Made by a program: the position numbers and the translations under genes
Notes under the pieces: model-generated
What the model was told of the DNA's origin: nothing
Seen by the model: the letters and a program-made list of their open reading frames with translations, nothing else
The model's database searches: none
NCBI GenBank assembly: GCA_964016885.1
Contig: OZ024740.1
Span: 298,716,001-298,780,000, forward strand
Origin: Eledone cirrhosa
Taxonomy: Eukaryota
Direction of reading: 5' to 3'
Length of the DNA: 64,000 nucleotides
Shown: in pieces, positions 37,390-51,874 of the stretch
Layout: every line of letters begins with the position of its first letter
Numbering within the stretch: the first letter of the stretch is position 1

Positions 37390-38045
37390 AAGTAGATTTG
37401 TTAGCATTTCTCAATTGTATTCATTCGGACATTACCAAAGATTCATGACTCTAGGTAAGGGTTGGTATGAATATGATCATCGCTGCTGGGTAGTTGACCT
37501 GCACAACAGTGCATCATTTTTGTTTTCTGCTCCAAACAACAATGTTGGGCCTTTTATCTTTGTATTTGTATTTGATGTTGTAACTCCTTTTCAGCATATC
37601 GACCAAGGTATTTCTCCGATGGTATTTATTAAAACGTTAACCTTCTAAATTTTTCTTCCATATCTGGAATTGTGCATCAATGTCTTCCATGGATTCAGCT
37701 ATAAAGACTGTCATCAGAATGCTGTAATTTCCATAGCTAATCTTAAACCCTTTTGTTATGACCTGAAAAACAATGATAAACAGAAGTGAACCAAGGAATG
37801 AAGCCTAGTGGACGTTTACCTGCACTTCTGATTTGTCACTGTACACCTTGCTTGTCACACCTCTATACATGGTAAGCTTGCAGCAGATTATGGAGCAGGG
37901 AACCCTCTGAAAGATCTCCAGAACCACAGAAGCTACATACTACACAGATCTAAGTACTTTTGCAGTTGTCTTACAAGATAAAAAAGGTATCAGTGGTACC
38001 CATACCTGACAAAAAGCCAAATTGAATCCCATCTAGCTTTCAGTA
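37390..38045 (-). mobile_element. Highly decayed RTE LINE RT fragment
   Basis: Minus-strand remnants of the QFGF, VHQGSFLGSLLF and YADD-FIAES regions. Confidence 0.65.
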
Positions 38046-38051
38046 ATTTTG

Positions 38052-38409
38052 AGGCATCTCTATCAAAACACACCCCCGTCCCACCACCTCCACACCGCCC
38101 CTTTCAATGTAAAGTTATGTTGGTCCCACAACATCCAGGCCGAAACAAATGAGATCGTGTAGGTGTCACGACAAAAAAACACACAGTCCACGCTGTAAAT
38201 GTGGCCGTGTAGGCAACACGGTAAAAACCTCCTAGCCCCACACTGTATATGTGGTTGGTGTTAGGAAGGGCATCCAGCTGTAGAAAACCCGCCAGACAGT
38301 CCTATGCGAGCAAGACAACCACTCTTGCCTCAAGTGGGAAAACCCCCATCCAAACCCATGCAAGCGTGGAACACGGACGCTAAACCTGATGATGATGATG
38401 ATGATGATG
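38052..38409 (+). mobile_element. Young RTE 3'-UTR-only insertion
   Basis: Nearly identical to the 3' UTR of the 29971 copy (single module), with a (GAT)n tail. Confidence 0.92.
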
Positions 38410-40309
38410 GTTCATCATCTTGATGTTTCTGAAGTTACTTCTTTCTGAAGTTACCTCTTTCTGAAGTTACCTCTTTATCCTTTGCTCTTATAACAGTTTG
38501 TAATTATACTGCTGTGTCAGTTATTGGTTATGACACCATCCTGTACTACTTGATTGGTTATGCACCTGATTAGGTTGCAGGATGTTTTGTCATTTCTGTT
38601 GTGAGGTTTAGTTTTTTATATATATATGCAACTATATCACTTTCCTTCTAATCACTCTCTAAGTTACATTTGCTCTGAAAGAATGAAGACTGTGTGGAGT
38701 GGAGAGTTTCTTTAGTCTTGCAATGGATCAGACATCTCTAGTGCAAGTGCCATGATGAAATGCACCCAGTACATTCTTTAAAGTGTTTTGTGTTAGGAAG
38801 GGAATCTTTGCTGAAACTTTGCCAAAAATTAGAGTGTATTAACGAGATTTTCTCTGATTCATTTAGGAGGACATTAACCGCAAATAATAAGTGACTTGGA
38901 TCAAAACAACCCATGCTAGCATGGAAAGCAAAAGCAAAATGATAATAATGCTAATGATATATATATATATAAATATATGCTATTTTATGTTGAGTGTTCC
39001 ATGTAAACATATATGGGATACATGTAATAAGTTTATAGATTTCAAGTAATATACACATACACACACACATACTTATATACACAACCATCTATATACATAT
39101 AAATATATTATACTTCACTTTATATATTTGGCTTGTATTCAACTTTAAATGCGATACTTCACAGAAATCCTAGCAATGTCACCTTCCCTTTAAATTGAAT
39201 TTTATAACCTCCACCATCATCATTCCTCATCTTTCCCATCACTACCACCAACATCTTCACCACCACTATCTCATTATTAGTCATCATCATGACCGTTGTC
39301 TATAGTTCTAAGCTAGCTTAGTTTGATAAACTCTGTACTAAAACACATCTTTATTGATCTCTTCACTATCTTCTAGTTTATGTTATCTCCCATTATAAAG
39401 TCTAATTTCTTTTTCTGAACCACAAGGATTTACTGGACAGAAGGTGGAATCGAACTCAGAATTACAAGCTATCTTCAATTCAGTATCGTGCCAACCCTAA
39501 CCTATGGTCATGAATCTTGTGTAATGACTAACAAATTACGATTGCGAATACAAGCGGTGGAAATGGGGTTCCTCCAAAGGGTCTTTGGAGTAATGTTCCT
39601 TAATAATTGTTGTAGCTCGGAGCTCAGAGAGTTGCTCCAGGTAGAGACATTACTTCTCTGAATTGAGAGATCCCCACTCTGATACTATTGGCATCTGGTT
39701 AGAATGTTAGAGAATTATTGGACAGATTTTACGGGCAAAACCAACTGGTAGGAGACCCAGGGGTAGACCCCGAGCAAGAGGGTTGAATGACATCCATGTG
39801 TTTGGCCAATCTCGCTTGTGAATCTAACCGAATCAGTTGTAGATGATTGCTTCTGACAGGACCTGATGGAAAGATTTTTAGAGTCTCTGCCTCCATGACC
39901 CTCTTAGGAATAAGTGAGTGAAGAAAAAGATTACAAGCATTATTGTGAATTCACAGTGCTTCTCCTTTTTGCTGCAGCGATTTTTTTATCTTATTGGAAG
40001 TACTTATTTGAAGCCAGGTGCATTTGGCTTATGAAATTTTATTGTCTGGTGATGGCCACAACCAGTCCTTGGTGATGGTGTACAAATTACTAATCCTTTG
40101 GCTGGTTGTCTAATATGCAGTGAACTTCCCCTACTTATGCTTTTTACTTTTATAATATCTGATATGATCTCCCTCATCCAAAGTCTTTCTTGGTCTGTTC
40201 ATGACATATGTCACCTCAGTAAATTCTAATGTACAATTATGAACAGCCTGAATTTAGAACCTATTGTTTTATTACCACAAAATATAATCATGTTTATCAT
40301 TTAATATAT

Positions 40310-40470
40310 ACATGGGTGAAGGTGGTGAGAGCTGATCTTAAATTACTGAAGATCGCAGAGGAAATGATGAAGAAACGCTGCAAGTGGGAAGATGCTGTGC
40401 TGAAAGATACCCATACAACACATGCAAGCATGGAAAAGTGGACATAAAATGATGTTAATGATGATGATCA
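40310..40470 (+). mobile_element. RTE 3' fragment
   Basis: TWVKVVRADLK...WEDAVL and tail. Confidence 0.8.
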
Positions 40471-40474
40471 TTAT

Positions 40475-41283
40475 CATGATCGTTTTTATGTCTGTTTTTC
40501 CATGCTTGCATGGGTTGGATGGGTCCTTTTCAACACAGCATCTTCCCACTCGCTGCGTTTCTTCATCATTTCCTCTGTGAATCTCAATGATTTGAGGTCT
40601 GCTCTTACCACCTCTACCCAGGTTTTTCTCAGTTACCTCTACTGTGGCTTCCATCCACAGGCATTTCCTGGCACTTCGTAACTGATTGATCAGTATTCAT
40701 GTGTATCACGTCTATACCAATGCAGCCTTTTCTCCTGCACATGACCTCGGATTCCTCTTAAACCCAGCTTCTCCCTCAGTTCATCCAATCTATGCTTTTT
40801 TTCTCACATTTACATTGCACATCCAATGGAGCATGGCTGCTTCATTCCACTTCAGTCTACATGTCTTCTGCAGCCACTACCCATGTTTCACTATCATGCA
40901 GCATCACACTTCACACACAGGCATCATACAGTTATCCTTTTGGAGAAACCTTTTTTTGTCAACAGTGGGAGTAGCTCTCTAAACTTCTTCCTTCTATCCT
41001 ATCCTTGTTCTAGCTATTATGTTCTCAGAGCACCTGCCTCCACTGTTGATAGTAGAAGCTGTCAACCACTTCTATGGACTCTTCCTGTAACTTGAAGATG
41101 TTTATAGCATTGCTGCTCTTCTCTTTGATTACTCCTGTGCATCTTATCCATACAAAGTCTTCTTTTCCTGTTAGTCTGCGTGTTATCCCATTATGTCTCT
41201 TGTGTACCCAACATTTTCATTATGTAGACTGTATGGAGTTTATGCCTACTCCTTTTCTATATATTGAGTAGAGCCACTTCCCT
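40475..41283 (-). mobile_element. Decayed RTE 3' fragment, tail-to-tail with the previous copy
   Basis: Minus-strand remnants of the PHD finger, SETW and KTW regions. Confidence 0.8.
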
Positions 41284-43673
41284 AATAATGATATTTCCTT
41301 TGTGTCAAAATTATTTGTAAATTTATATATAGAATTGTAAGGATGGTGGGTAAAAACAAATGAAATTATCAGTCATATTCGAACACTGAATCTCTAATAA
41401 TTTCTCAGTTGATCTTCATTTAGCTTGCGTTACTTTTATGTTGACCTTCTTCAATTAGGTTAATGACATTATCATGAAGGTCACTCAGTGTTTCATTGGA
41501 TTATTGGTTATTTTCCTATAATTTTTTTTCTATCATATTGCAGGATCATCTTTTATTTATAGACCTGTCTCCTCTTTTTAATAATGTTTCCATTTAAGAC
41601 AAATGAAGATTTTTTTGTTGCTAGTAGTATTATTCTAGTGACGTGCAGAAATAGTAATGTGTTGTACTAAATGTTTATTTGCTATATCTATGTATGTAGT
41701 GAGTTTAAATCCTACTGGTATCACTTTTACCTTTCTTTCCTTCAGTGTTATTAAAATAAATGTCAGTTCTGTTCTGAGATTGATTTAACCCTTTAGTTAC
41801 CAATCCAGTCAAAACCAGCTCTGGTTCTATAGTATAAAACCACCTATTTTAAAGGTTTTCAACTTAAATTAAAATTTTCCAACATAATTTTAAATAAGAA
41901 CTTCACATTAAGTTACTATCTTAGTAATGAAATAATTAATAATTTTAGTAAATCTCTCGTACTGTATTTTATTCCAAATCTCAAATACATTGTTTTCAAT
42001 CAATCTTCCTGGAAACTGCAACTATCTAATATTTTCTTCTTCTTCACTTTTGTCTAGGAGAGCTGGCATATGTTATCGGCATTGTCAAAACTCTTTCTCT
42101 GACTAGTTAGAATTAAAAAAAAAAAAAAAGAAGAATGATCAGTTCAATGGTCTCCAATAAAGATGACATATTTATTCCAATCTCTTGTAATAGCTTTTCC
42201 ATATCACTTTCTTTTGGACATCTGTGATGCCATTTAGCACAACAAAGGGTGCGTTAAATGCACCAGTGTCATTTAGCACATCCTTTCCCCTCATCAATGT
42301 CCTAGTTATCATGGACACACTGCTTAACAATGAGAAACACCTTGTAACTGATCCTCATGTCATAGGACATTGGCAAACATCCTGCTTTCAGCCACTTTAT
42401 GCCCTATGTATATCTATGTATATCTGTTGTCTAATTTCTCATTTAGCTACTTGATATTTATCTTTATGGGTGCAAATTAATGACTACCCATCTTTCATTC
42501 ATAGTGTATCTAAGATTGTGTTCTCAATATGTTCTTTATTATTACATCATAAGGTACTTTTTCAGTGAAATTTGATTGATATTTTCTGATCATGTGATTA
42601 TGTGGAGAACAATGACAGTTGGCTTGTTGTAGCAATTGTTTTAAATAGCTCAAGGCCTTTTCTGCTTATATGCTCTCAATTAAGGTGCCAGAGTGGTATT
42701 AATGTGCATTTATACTGACTGAGTTGAGCAACAGTGTGGTAATAATGTACTTGGCCTAGGTTTTATATGGAAAATGGTTGATGTAATAATTCAACTTGGT
42801 CTTGGCAATCAGTATGTAACCTCACATTAGCCTCTTGGGCATTGTGTGTTGGGCATTCATTAAAACAAAGTGAATTATGTAATTATTGTGGTGGGGGTTT
42901 ATTTCGGGGTATATGATGTGGTGAGAAGTGGGTTGGGTGGGAAATTTATTCATTGTTCCACTGCATTTGGTTTGTTATAACAGTTTTAAAGAGAACAACA
43001 TTCACTGAAGAATATTTCCCTTTTTTTTTGGGGGGGGGGTTTAGATCTGGAGGAAGTTGGTGGTTTAATCAGCCATTAACTAGGCCATGTTGACATCATG
43101 CCTGTATGTTTAGCTATCATCAATTGATGACTAATTAATTAACATAACGACCAAGAGACTTAAATTAATGCTTGCTGAGATGCTTGCATTTGCATGTACA
43201 ACTGAATGTTTGATGTATTTTTATTCACATTTTCACATTCATTTTGTTTTTCATTTTGTTTTAATTGAGGCAATTTCATCAGCATTTCCATGCACTTCAT
43301 TTAATTTGCAAAGACACATGACTGTTTTTGTATTTTTAACTGTAGTCAAACAAGGTGTGGATTGTAACTTTATTAAGTCTTTGGTGGATGGTAGCATATG
43401 ATATTTAAAGGGGAAACTCTACTGCTAACTAAATAGCGATAAAGATTATGTTCATGATATTATCTTTAATAATTGCTATAAAAGTGAGAGAATGTAGCAG
43501 TAGTAATGCTAATAATAATAATAATAATGATTATTATTATTATTGTTATAACAATGCTGATGATGATAATGGTAATATATTAATCATGTTATTGACCAGA
43601 ATAATAATGGTTTCTTAATCAAACATGAAGCCTTTGGCAAGAAACACAGCATAGGGTAATAGTAGTATTAATA

Positions 43674-43894
43674 ATAATTGTTTCAACTTTAGGCACAAGG
43701 CCAGCAATTTGAAGGGGAGGGGAAAGTCGATTAAATTGATCCCAGTGCTTACTGGTACTTCATTTTATTGACCCCGTACGGAAGAAAAGCAAAGCTAACC
43801 TCAGCGGGATTTGAACTCAGAACATAAAGAGCTGTAACTCTATGCTGCGAAGCATGTTGTCCGACGCTCTACCGATACTGCCAATCCACCACTC
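43674..43894 (-). mobile_element. Deu/Nin-core SINE
   Basis: Reverse complement of the SINE consensus seen at 30828. Confidence 0.85.
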
Positions 43895-43900
43895 TTAATA

Positions 43901-44084
43901 ATAATAATAGATATAGCAATCCCCACAGATGACAATATATCTTCCAAGGAAATAGAGAAACTCTCCAAATATAAAGATAAAGAGATTGAAATAACTCGAA
44001 TGTGGAAAATGAAAACAGAAACAATACCTATAATAATAGGTGCTTTAGGAATAAAAAAACAAAACACAGACAAATACATAACCA
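43901..44084 (+). mobile_element. R4/Dong-like LINE fragment (restriction-like endonuclease C-terminus)
   Basis: Translates IIDIAIPTDDNISSKEIEKLSKYKDKEIEITRMWKMKTETIPIIIGALG and starts in a TAA repeat. Confidence 0.8.
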
Positions 44085-44460
44085 AATCCCCATTTGACTA
44101 GACTACATAGAATTTTCAAATACGGCGTAAGCACATATTACTTCCTAATTTTCAAATTCGCTAGCCCTTTGTATCCCACTATTTATATACATATATGTAT
44201 CTGCTATGGTTATATAGCTTCTAATTGAATGGAAGGAAGCATGGGTGGCATGTTGGTGTAATGGTAACACATAGGTCCGGCAAACCAAAGATGTGGGTTT
44301 GTCTCATGTATGTCAATTCTCATCCTTTTTTCCATTCAGAGGGTTTTTAAAATCCCAACTAACAGACTAATTTTATTTAGTCAAATACGGCATAAGCACA
44401 TGTTACTACCTAATTTTCAATGGAAATGTATTTTTATTACTCATTCTTTGCAACACCAAA

Positions 44461-44653
44461 TAATTGTTTCTACTTTTGGCACAAGGCCAGCAATAACCCA
44501 GTGTATTACTGGTACTTTATTTTATCGACCCCCGTAAGGATGAAAGGCAAAGTTAACCTTGGCGGGATTTGAACTCAGAATGGAAAGGGACGTAACTCTT
44601 TGCATCAAAGCATGGCGTCCGACCCTCTATCGATACTGCCAATCCACCGCCTT
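44461..44653 (-). mobile_element. Deu/Nin-core SINE
   Basis: Reverse complement, very similar to 30828-31016. Confidence 0.87.
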
Positions 44654-45282
44654 CAGGACATATATAATAATAATAATTTTTTGGTGGTCCATAGAGAGAC
44701 AATACAACACATTTGGTTGGATAATAACTTCTGACCAATGAAATGTCATGTTTAGAATGATACATAAAGAATGCTGACAATAACATTTAGTTTTCCTTAT
44801 CTTGCTTTCTAAATTCTTTTAACTTTTGATTTCCAATTTAGTGTGTCAAAATCATAATATTTACTTTTACTCTGATATATATTATCTGTTAAAAGATGTC
44901 TACTGTCTTATTTTTGGCATAGTATACCTAAGTTTTCTGTGATATATAAAAAAAAACCCAAAAAAACTTATCATCTATAGTTGCACTCTGTTTTATCGGT
45001 TTCATCTGTCTCTGAATAATTACATTGATTTTCTAACTTTTATGGAGATGGTGAAGATGGTAGAGAGCTTATTAAGTATTTCATAGTATCTTTTCATACT
45101 AAGTTCAAATCCTTCTTTACAGGATGATTTTGCTTTCCATGTTTTTTTCTCATGTCTATAACAAATAAGTATTTGCCATATATGTTGGGTAAATTACTCA
45201 TTTTATATTTAGCCTTGCTAGCAATTATTAATTTTTGTACAAAATTTTCACTTTGTTCCCTGTTAAACTGTCATTCTGTTGA

Positions 45283-45850
45283 AGGGCAGAATCGGTAGAG
45301 GGTTGGATGCCATGCTTTGTAGCATAAAGTTACGGCCCTTTACGGTTTGAGTTCAAATCCCGCCGAGGTTAATTTTGCCTTTCATCCTTACGGAGTCGAT
45401 AAGATAAAGCACTAGTAATGTACTGGGATAATTGTGCTAAAAGTAGAAACAGTTATTCTGTTGGAGTGAAAAGTAGTGGATGGCTGAACTGGTAGAGGAT
45501 CAAGAGTAATATCTTGTAGCATTTAATTCTATCCATTTCATTCCAAGTTCACTGGGGTAAATTTTGCCCTTCATCCATCTGACATTGAAAAAGTAAGTAC
45601 CAGTAACCACTGTGGCTGATCTAATTGATTGTATTTCCCTTTGCCTTAAAAAGATCCTGGCCTAGTACCTATGTTAAATCTTGGGTACCAGACAAAATGT
45701 ATTGTGGCATTTGGATACAATCCTTTTCTTTTTGAGATCAACCCCTACAAATGTCAACTTTAATTTTCATCTTTCTCGAGTCAATATAATCGACTTTCCC
45801 TTCCTCCCAAATCACTGATCTTCTGCGCTAACTTAGAAACCATTATTACT
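45283..45850 (+). mobile_element. Cluster of three SINE copies of increasing decay
   Basis: Repeated gagttcaaat / tttgcctttcatcc / gtaccag motifs. Confidence 0.75.
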
Positions 45851-46140
45851 TTAGTTTTATGAGAAATACTTAAATGTATACAACATTAAAATATGTGAGT
45901 GAATTTAAACAAAAACTAGTGTCTGAAACATGTAGTAATAGTTTTAATGGAATTTGTAAAATAAGATAAGTTTCTGTGTTACAAAGAGAAGTTAGTTGTT
46001 ATGTTATGTGGAGGTTCCTCTTTCAACTAAATGTAGGGGAATAAAGTATTGTGGACATTAATGTAGTAAGATTACATTTTTGAAAGTTGATGAAATATCA
46101 GAGGATCGAATTGTATGAATGATAATTTTTGTAAACATAT

Positions 46141-46371
46141 TTAACCCTTTCATGACTGCATTTCTAATGAAATACACTCATTTTAATGAAGAATTTTGAG
46201 GGATTTACTAAAATTATTAATTGTTTCATTATTAATATAATAACTTAATGTTAGGTTCTTATATAAAATTATGTTGGAAGATTTTGATTTAAATTGGAAA
46301 CCTTTGAAATGGGTAGTTTTATTTCATAGAACCAAAGCCACTTTTGGATGGGTTGGTAACTAAATGGTTAA
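46141..46371 (+). mobile_element. TTAA-flanked MITE, family A
   Basis: ttaacccttt...taaatggttaa termini; homologous to 939-1312. Confidence 0.75.
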
Positions 46372-48250
46372 TTGGAAAATTTCCCAAAGCTGCTTTCTAA
46401 ATACAAGGCTTTTGCTTCTTGAGAGCACTTGATATCATCTGCTTATTGAAATACTTGACATGTTTTCATTTGGAATATCTTTTTTTTCATACTAGTATTA
46501 AAATATCCCACCAGGCCTACTTGTATTATGCTATTTTGAACCTGACAAGATGATTATTTACTTTTATCTGTATATCTTCTGCCAAACTCTTCTTTTGCTT
46601 ATGTGACACTATGTGAATTATATCAGAAGTGGTTTGTTTATACGTATATACCCTGCCTCACAACTACTGCCCTGAACTGTTGCTAGTTTGGATCTTCTGT
46701 TGATTTCAGTGATGAGTATTCAGTTTTCAAAATTAACCTGTAAGTTAGAATGTCAGATAGAATGCTTTGTAGTATTTGTTCTGACTTTTTGAAATCTTTG
46801 AGTTCAAATTCCGCCGAGGTCAACTTTGCCTTTCATCCATTTAACGTTGATAAAAAAGTACCAGTCAAGTACTGGAGTTGATTCTTCCTGGAAGAAATCT
46901 GTTATATTCAGACCTGGAGGGGAGATGGGCTCTGCCAGGTTTTAAAATGCCCTAGAAATGCTGTATGTCAATATGACTCTCTCAGGAGTTATGGGTCCTT
47001 AGATTCATACATCTAAGTATTCTACAGGCACATATATCCTTAATGTAATTCTGTAGATGATTCATCACAACACAACATGCTAGGCTTGGTATAATCCATC
47101 TAAGAACCTTTTATACATTTTTCCCTCTACCCACTTTCACTCACATGGCTTGAGTCAATACGAAGCTATGGTAAAAGACACTTGCCCATGCCCCCATGAT
47201 TTCAAAGCAAACCTATTTATTCAACCATGTTTGTTTGTATATACCTTTCCCCAACACTGATGCTTGTCTGTCTGTGTATCATTGTGTGAGACACATATTT
47301 CTGGATTGTCTATATGTTCTTTTTGTCACTTTTTATTTGGGGAGGAAAGAACAGCATCCATGACTGGTGGGAGGAAGGTTGGAAGTTATATTCAAACTGG
47401 AAACTTTGCCTGAATGCTTACAACAAAGTGAACTCCACTAAAAGTATCCAAGGATTATGTGGTGGTGTTAAAATGGGTGATGGGTTAAGTCAGCTAAGAA
47501 CTCAGAATGCAAAGCACTAGAACAATTACCAAAAGGTATCTTGCCTGACACTCAAATAATTCCAGCAATCCACAGTCCTAGACTGATACTTTATTTTAAA
47601 AACCCTACAAGGATGAAAGGCAAAGATGACCTCAGTAGAATTTGAATTTAGCACACAGAAAGCTGGAACAAATACTGTAAAACATTTTGTTCTATGCTCT
47701 ACCTACTGTCTATTTGTCACCTGTAAAAGACAGATTTGATTTCTCTGGGATTTGAATTCAGAATGTAAAGAGTTATAGCTAAATACTACAAAGCATTTTG
47801 TTCAATCCTCAAATGATTCTGCCAATCTAACCTTCCTCACAACTGATGTTCTGCACAGCTTGTATGTCTGTATCACTATGTGAGACATACACACACACAC
47901 GAGTTATCTCTCTCAATATACACATTTTCACAATCAGTGCTTGAATGCCTGTATCACTATGTGAGAAACACACACACACACGCACACAGAGGAGTTATCT
48001 CTGTGTATATATAGCTGTCCTCACAATTGCTGTCCTATACTGCATACCTACCTGTAATACTATGTGATGGACAAATAATATGGTGCGTTTTAGTGTATGT
48101 CTGTGTGTATATGTGCTTGTGTAGATATATTTACAATCTATATTTATGTCTCTCCATCTATGTATGTTTTTACATTTCTTTCACTCTCTCCCACCATCCA
48201 TCCTTCCATCTCTCTCTCTCTCTCTCTCCGTCCCTCTCTCTCTCTGTCTG

Positions 48251-48297
<47 letters not shown>

Positions 48298-50377
48298 CCA
48301 TCTCTAGCTCTCTCTCTATTGCTCTATCTATCTGTATCTATATGTCTATTTATCTATCTATCGATACGTCTATCTACAGAACACACATGTACACATACAT
48401 GCTTATAGAGAACTATTATTTCCTCTCCTTCTCTAACAATTGTCTTCCTACAAGTGTGAGCCAAGAACAAGAACAAGATCAAAAGCTTGAATATGTCAGG
48501 TAATACAATGGCTGCCATCTTGGAAACCAATTATCCAGAGTGTTCTGCTAACCAAATTCTTTATTATTGAACACTCCCTGTGGGGGTCAGCTTGCTGGCA
48601 CGGTGCAATTCGGCATTCACACTGCTATTAACTTAATTTTCTCTTCTATAATGCTATATAGAAGGAGATGCATAGTTTTCTGGCTGTGTCTAATCTAGTT
48701 ATTTATGTGCTAGTTTAGAATGTATACATTTACACGCGCATGCACGTACACACACACACACGCTCTCTCTCACCTGCTTTCTTTGTTTCTTTTACTCATG
48801 TGGGAGATCTTCATCCATTCCTTGGCCATTTTAACTATCTTTCTCTCTTCTTTCCCTTTTCTTTCCTGGTTTCTCTCCTTCCTTCTCTTTGTTTTCTTTT
48901 TTTTTCTTCCTTCCCTCCCACTTTCTCTTTTTTTCTGCTCTCCCCTCTCCGGTTTCTCAACCTTCCATTCACTTTATTTATATTTAATTTTTATTTTCTT
49001 TAATCTCACTCTCTGATTCCCTCTTTCTCTCTCTACAGTTTCCTATGTATTTTTTTTTGTCTCTTTCTCTGCCCCTTCTTGTTTTCATTATCCCTTTCCT
49101 CTCTTTCTTCCCCCTTTATTTATATAGTTTTATCTCTTTTATCCATATTCTTTCTTTATTGTATCTGCTCACCTTTTCCCCCTCTCTCAGTGATTATACA
49201 CATCTACTACTTACTCTCCCTCAAACCACTCAGCTTTCACTTCTCTCCTCTCTACTGCTACTACTACACTCAGCACCATTTCAGCCTTTAGGAAATACTT
49301 TTCTCTGTGGATTTTCACTGATTTTGAACATGCAATCTATTATTCTACTGTACCCAACCAAACATTACAAGTACCAGCACCACAAACAGCAACAAAAAGA
49401 AGGTGGAAAAAAAACAAAAAACAGCAATGTATTACTTAATAGTAAATCTGCAAGAGGTGGCTTGCTATTCATGAACCAAACCAGAATTGTGGTGGTTGAC
49501 AAGTAGATTAGATCACCTTTCATATTACAAGGTTGACTGGATTCTTGTTTGTCCTTCACAGGGGTCGATGCTATAAGTACATATAATCTCAGTTGGTCTC
49601 TTGACTCTTGCTGTTGGTATTGTTACTTAACCTCAATCACCTCTGTTCAAGCAGGTCTGTTGTTATGGAAGTAGTTTTATTGAAAGCTTTCTGGATATGG
49701 TGTAGTTTTTCATTTTTTCCTTTCTTTTTTAATTTTTCCTTTATTACTGCACAACTTTGAGAGGAATAAGTTGGTCATGGTTCATTGGGCGTGAAACATT
49801 AACTTATAAGAACTACAGAGAACAGTTACAAAAGTAGTGAAGCATTAAAAGTGTTGACTGATGTGTACAGGGGAAATAACCCCATTGGTTTAGATGTGTA
49901 ATGTGAACGCAGCCAATGATTAGCTAAGAATATCTGCAATTGTTAAGTATACTTGGTGAAAAGGTAGAAGGTTGATGTATTAACCTTAAAAAAAAAAAAA
50001 AAAATTCCTTCCAAATCAGTTGCTGACCTATATGCTGAGTGTAAAATGTAAAATCTTTATGAAAATGGTGAATAATCAGAATAGCCAGGCTGGCAGAGCT
50101 GTACAATCACTTACCATCATGTAAGCCAAATGTTTGAAGCAAATATTTTCTATTAAAACTTTCAATGTTTTATGAACTTATATTTATCTAACAAACAAAT
50201 CATTATAAGATAGTAAAACATTTGTATAAATAAATGAACATTGTACTACAGAAGGTTTCCTGTATCTAATTTATTGAAAATGGTTGATTGGTAGGTGTAC
50301 CACTGAACTGAGACAGATAGCCAGCAAGATGTTATATGGGTATCACAAGTGTTGTTTTATGAAAGTACTACTATTTA

Positions 50378-50702
50378 GGTGTGTGGCTTAGTGGTTAGAG
50401 CATTGAGCTCACAATCGTAAGGTTGTGAGTTTGAATCCCCGACTGGGTGGTGCGTTGAGCAAAACACTTTATTTCATATTGCTCCAGTTTACTCAGCTGT
50501 AGATATGAATTGCGATGTCACTGGTGCCAAGCTGTATTGGCCATTGCCTTTCCCTTTGACAATATCGGTAACATGGAGAGGGGTGATTGGTATGCATGGG
50601 CCACTGCTAGTCTTCCACAAAAACACCTTTCCCAGGCTTGGGGGGCCTTAGAAGTGAACTTTCTAGGTGCAAAACCATAGTTATTCATGACCAAAAAGGG
50701 CC
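50378..50702 (+). mobile_element. tRNA-derived SINE of a second family
   Basis: A-box tggcttagtggttaga, B-box-like gtttgaatccc and core ttgagcaaaacacttt...gctccagtttactcagctg. Confidence 0.75.
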
Positions 50703-51784
50703 TACGATGACAACTATATGGGCTAATAGTTCACATTAATATAAACATTTATAATTCATTAATATGATTAAAAATTGTTTATTATAATAGCATTTACTTT
50801 TTGATAAAAAGGAAAGAAGACCAAGTTAACATGGCTGGTTTTCCTAAAATTATTAATTATTTTATTAGTTAGATAATAACTTAATGTATGGTTCTAATAT
50901 AAAATTATGCTGGAAGATTTTAATCTAAGTTGAAAACCTTTAAAATGGGTGGTTATGTTTCATAGAACCAGAGCTGGTTTTGGCCAGGCTGGGAACTAAA
51001 GGGTTAAACATTAAAAAAGAAATTTGCCTGAAATGTCAGAAGTTACCTCAATTTTATTTTGTATATTTTAGTAAATTCTACAGTTGAATTTATCCGTCTT
51101 GAAATAATAGCTACAATGTTTTTCTTGTGTCATTTAGCGTGAAATTTAACACTCTCGTAATACTGATAGACTTTTAGTTAAAGTGCAAATTTTGAATGTT
51201 TCAGTTCAACTTGTGGTTAAATTTGGTCATTGTAGGAGATGACATTTATACAGGGGAGGGTATATCATTAAATCTAAATTAGAAATTAGTCTGTATCAAA
51301 TTATTAAAAAATTCACAAATAAAGATTATGAGTTGAAACAGAGCCAAAAGAATTTTATATATTTTTAATATATATTGTTTTCATGTCTCTCTATCTGTCT
51401 GGTTGAAATTTAGTGCAGCTTATTACCCGGTGTAGGAAGTATATTTTGGACTTCTCAATTTGATACACACACATACACAAATGTATACATAATGAACAGA
51501 TACATATTTGTCACCAATAATTTCTTTTATATTATGCAGACAAATCACTCATATATACCCTGTCAATACAGCTAGACATGATTCGACACCATCACGAAGA
51601 ATGTATAGATCTTCCCACCAGTATATAAAAACAACACACACACACGTCCCCCTTTTTTATTTTTTATTTTATTTCCCCATCTTTCAACTTGTACTCTCCT
51701 GATGAGGGACTAAAATCTGATATTTTTAACTTCTTTTCTCTCTCATCCAAAGCGTGAACACTAATTGTTTTTGTCAATTTTTAT

Positions 51785-51816
<32 letters not shown>

Positions 51817-51827
51817 TACATACATAC

Positions 51828-51874
<47 letters not shown>

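Noticed and set aside
48027-49506. ORFs of 98-158 aa rich in Leu/Ser/Phe or Tyr/Ile (similar ones at 10392, 25841 and 62556)
   Set aside because: Translations of pyrimidine-rich and TA/TG microsatellite tracts.
50378-50450. Possible tRNA gene
   Set aside because: No clean cloverleaf, and it continues into a SINE body.
51695-51770. ctcctgatgaggga as a further hammerhead
   Set aside because: CUGAUGA is present, but I find no closing stem II, GAAA or stem I partner. At best a truncated relic.
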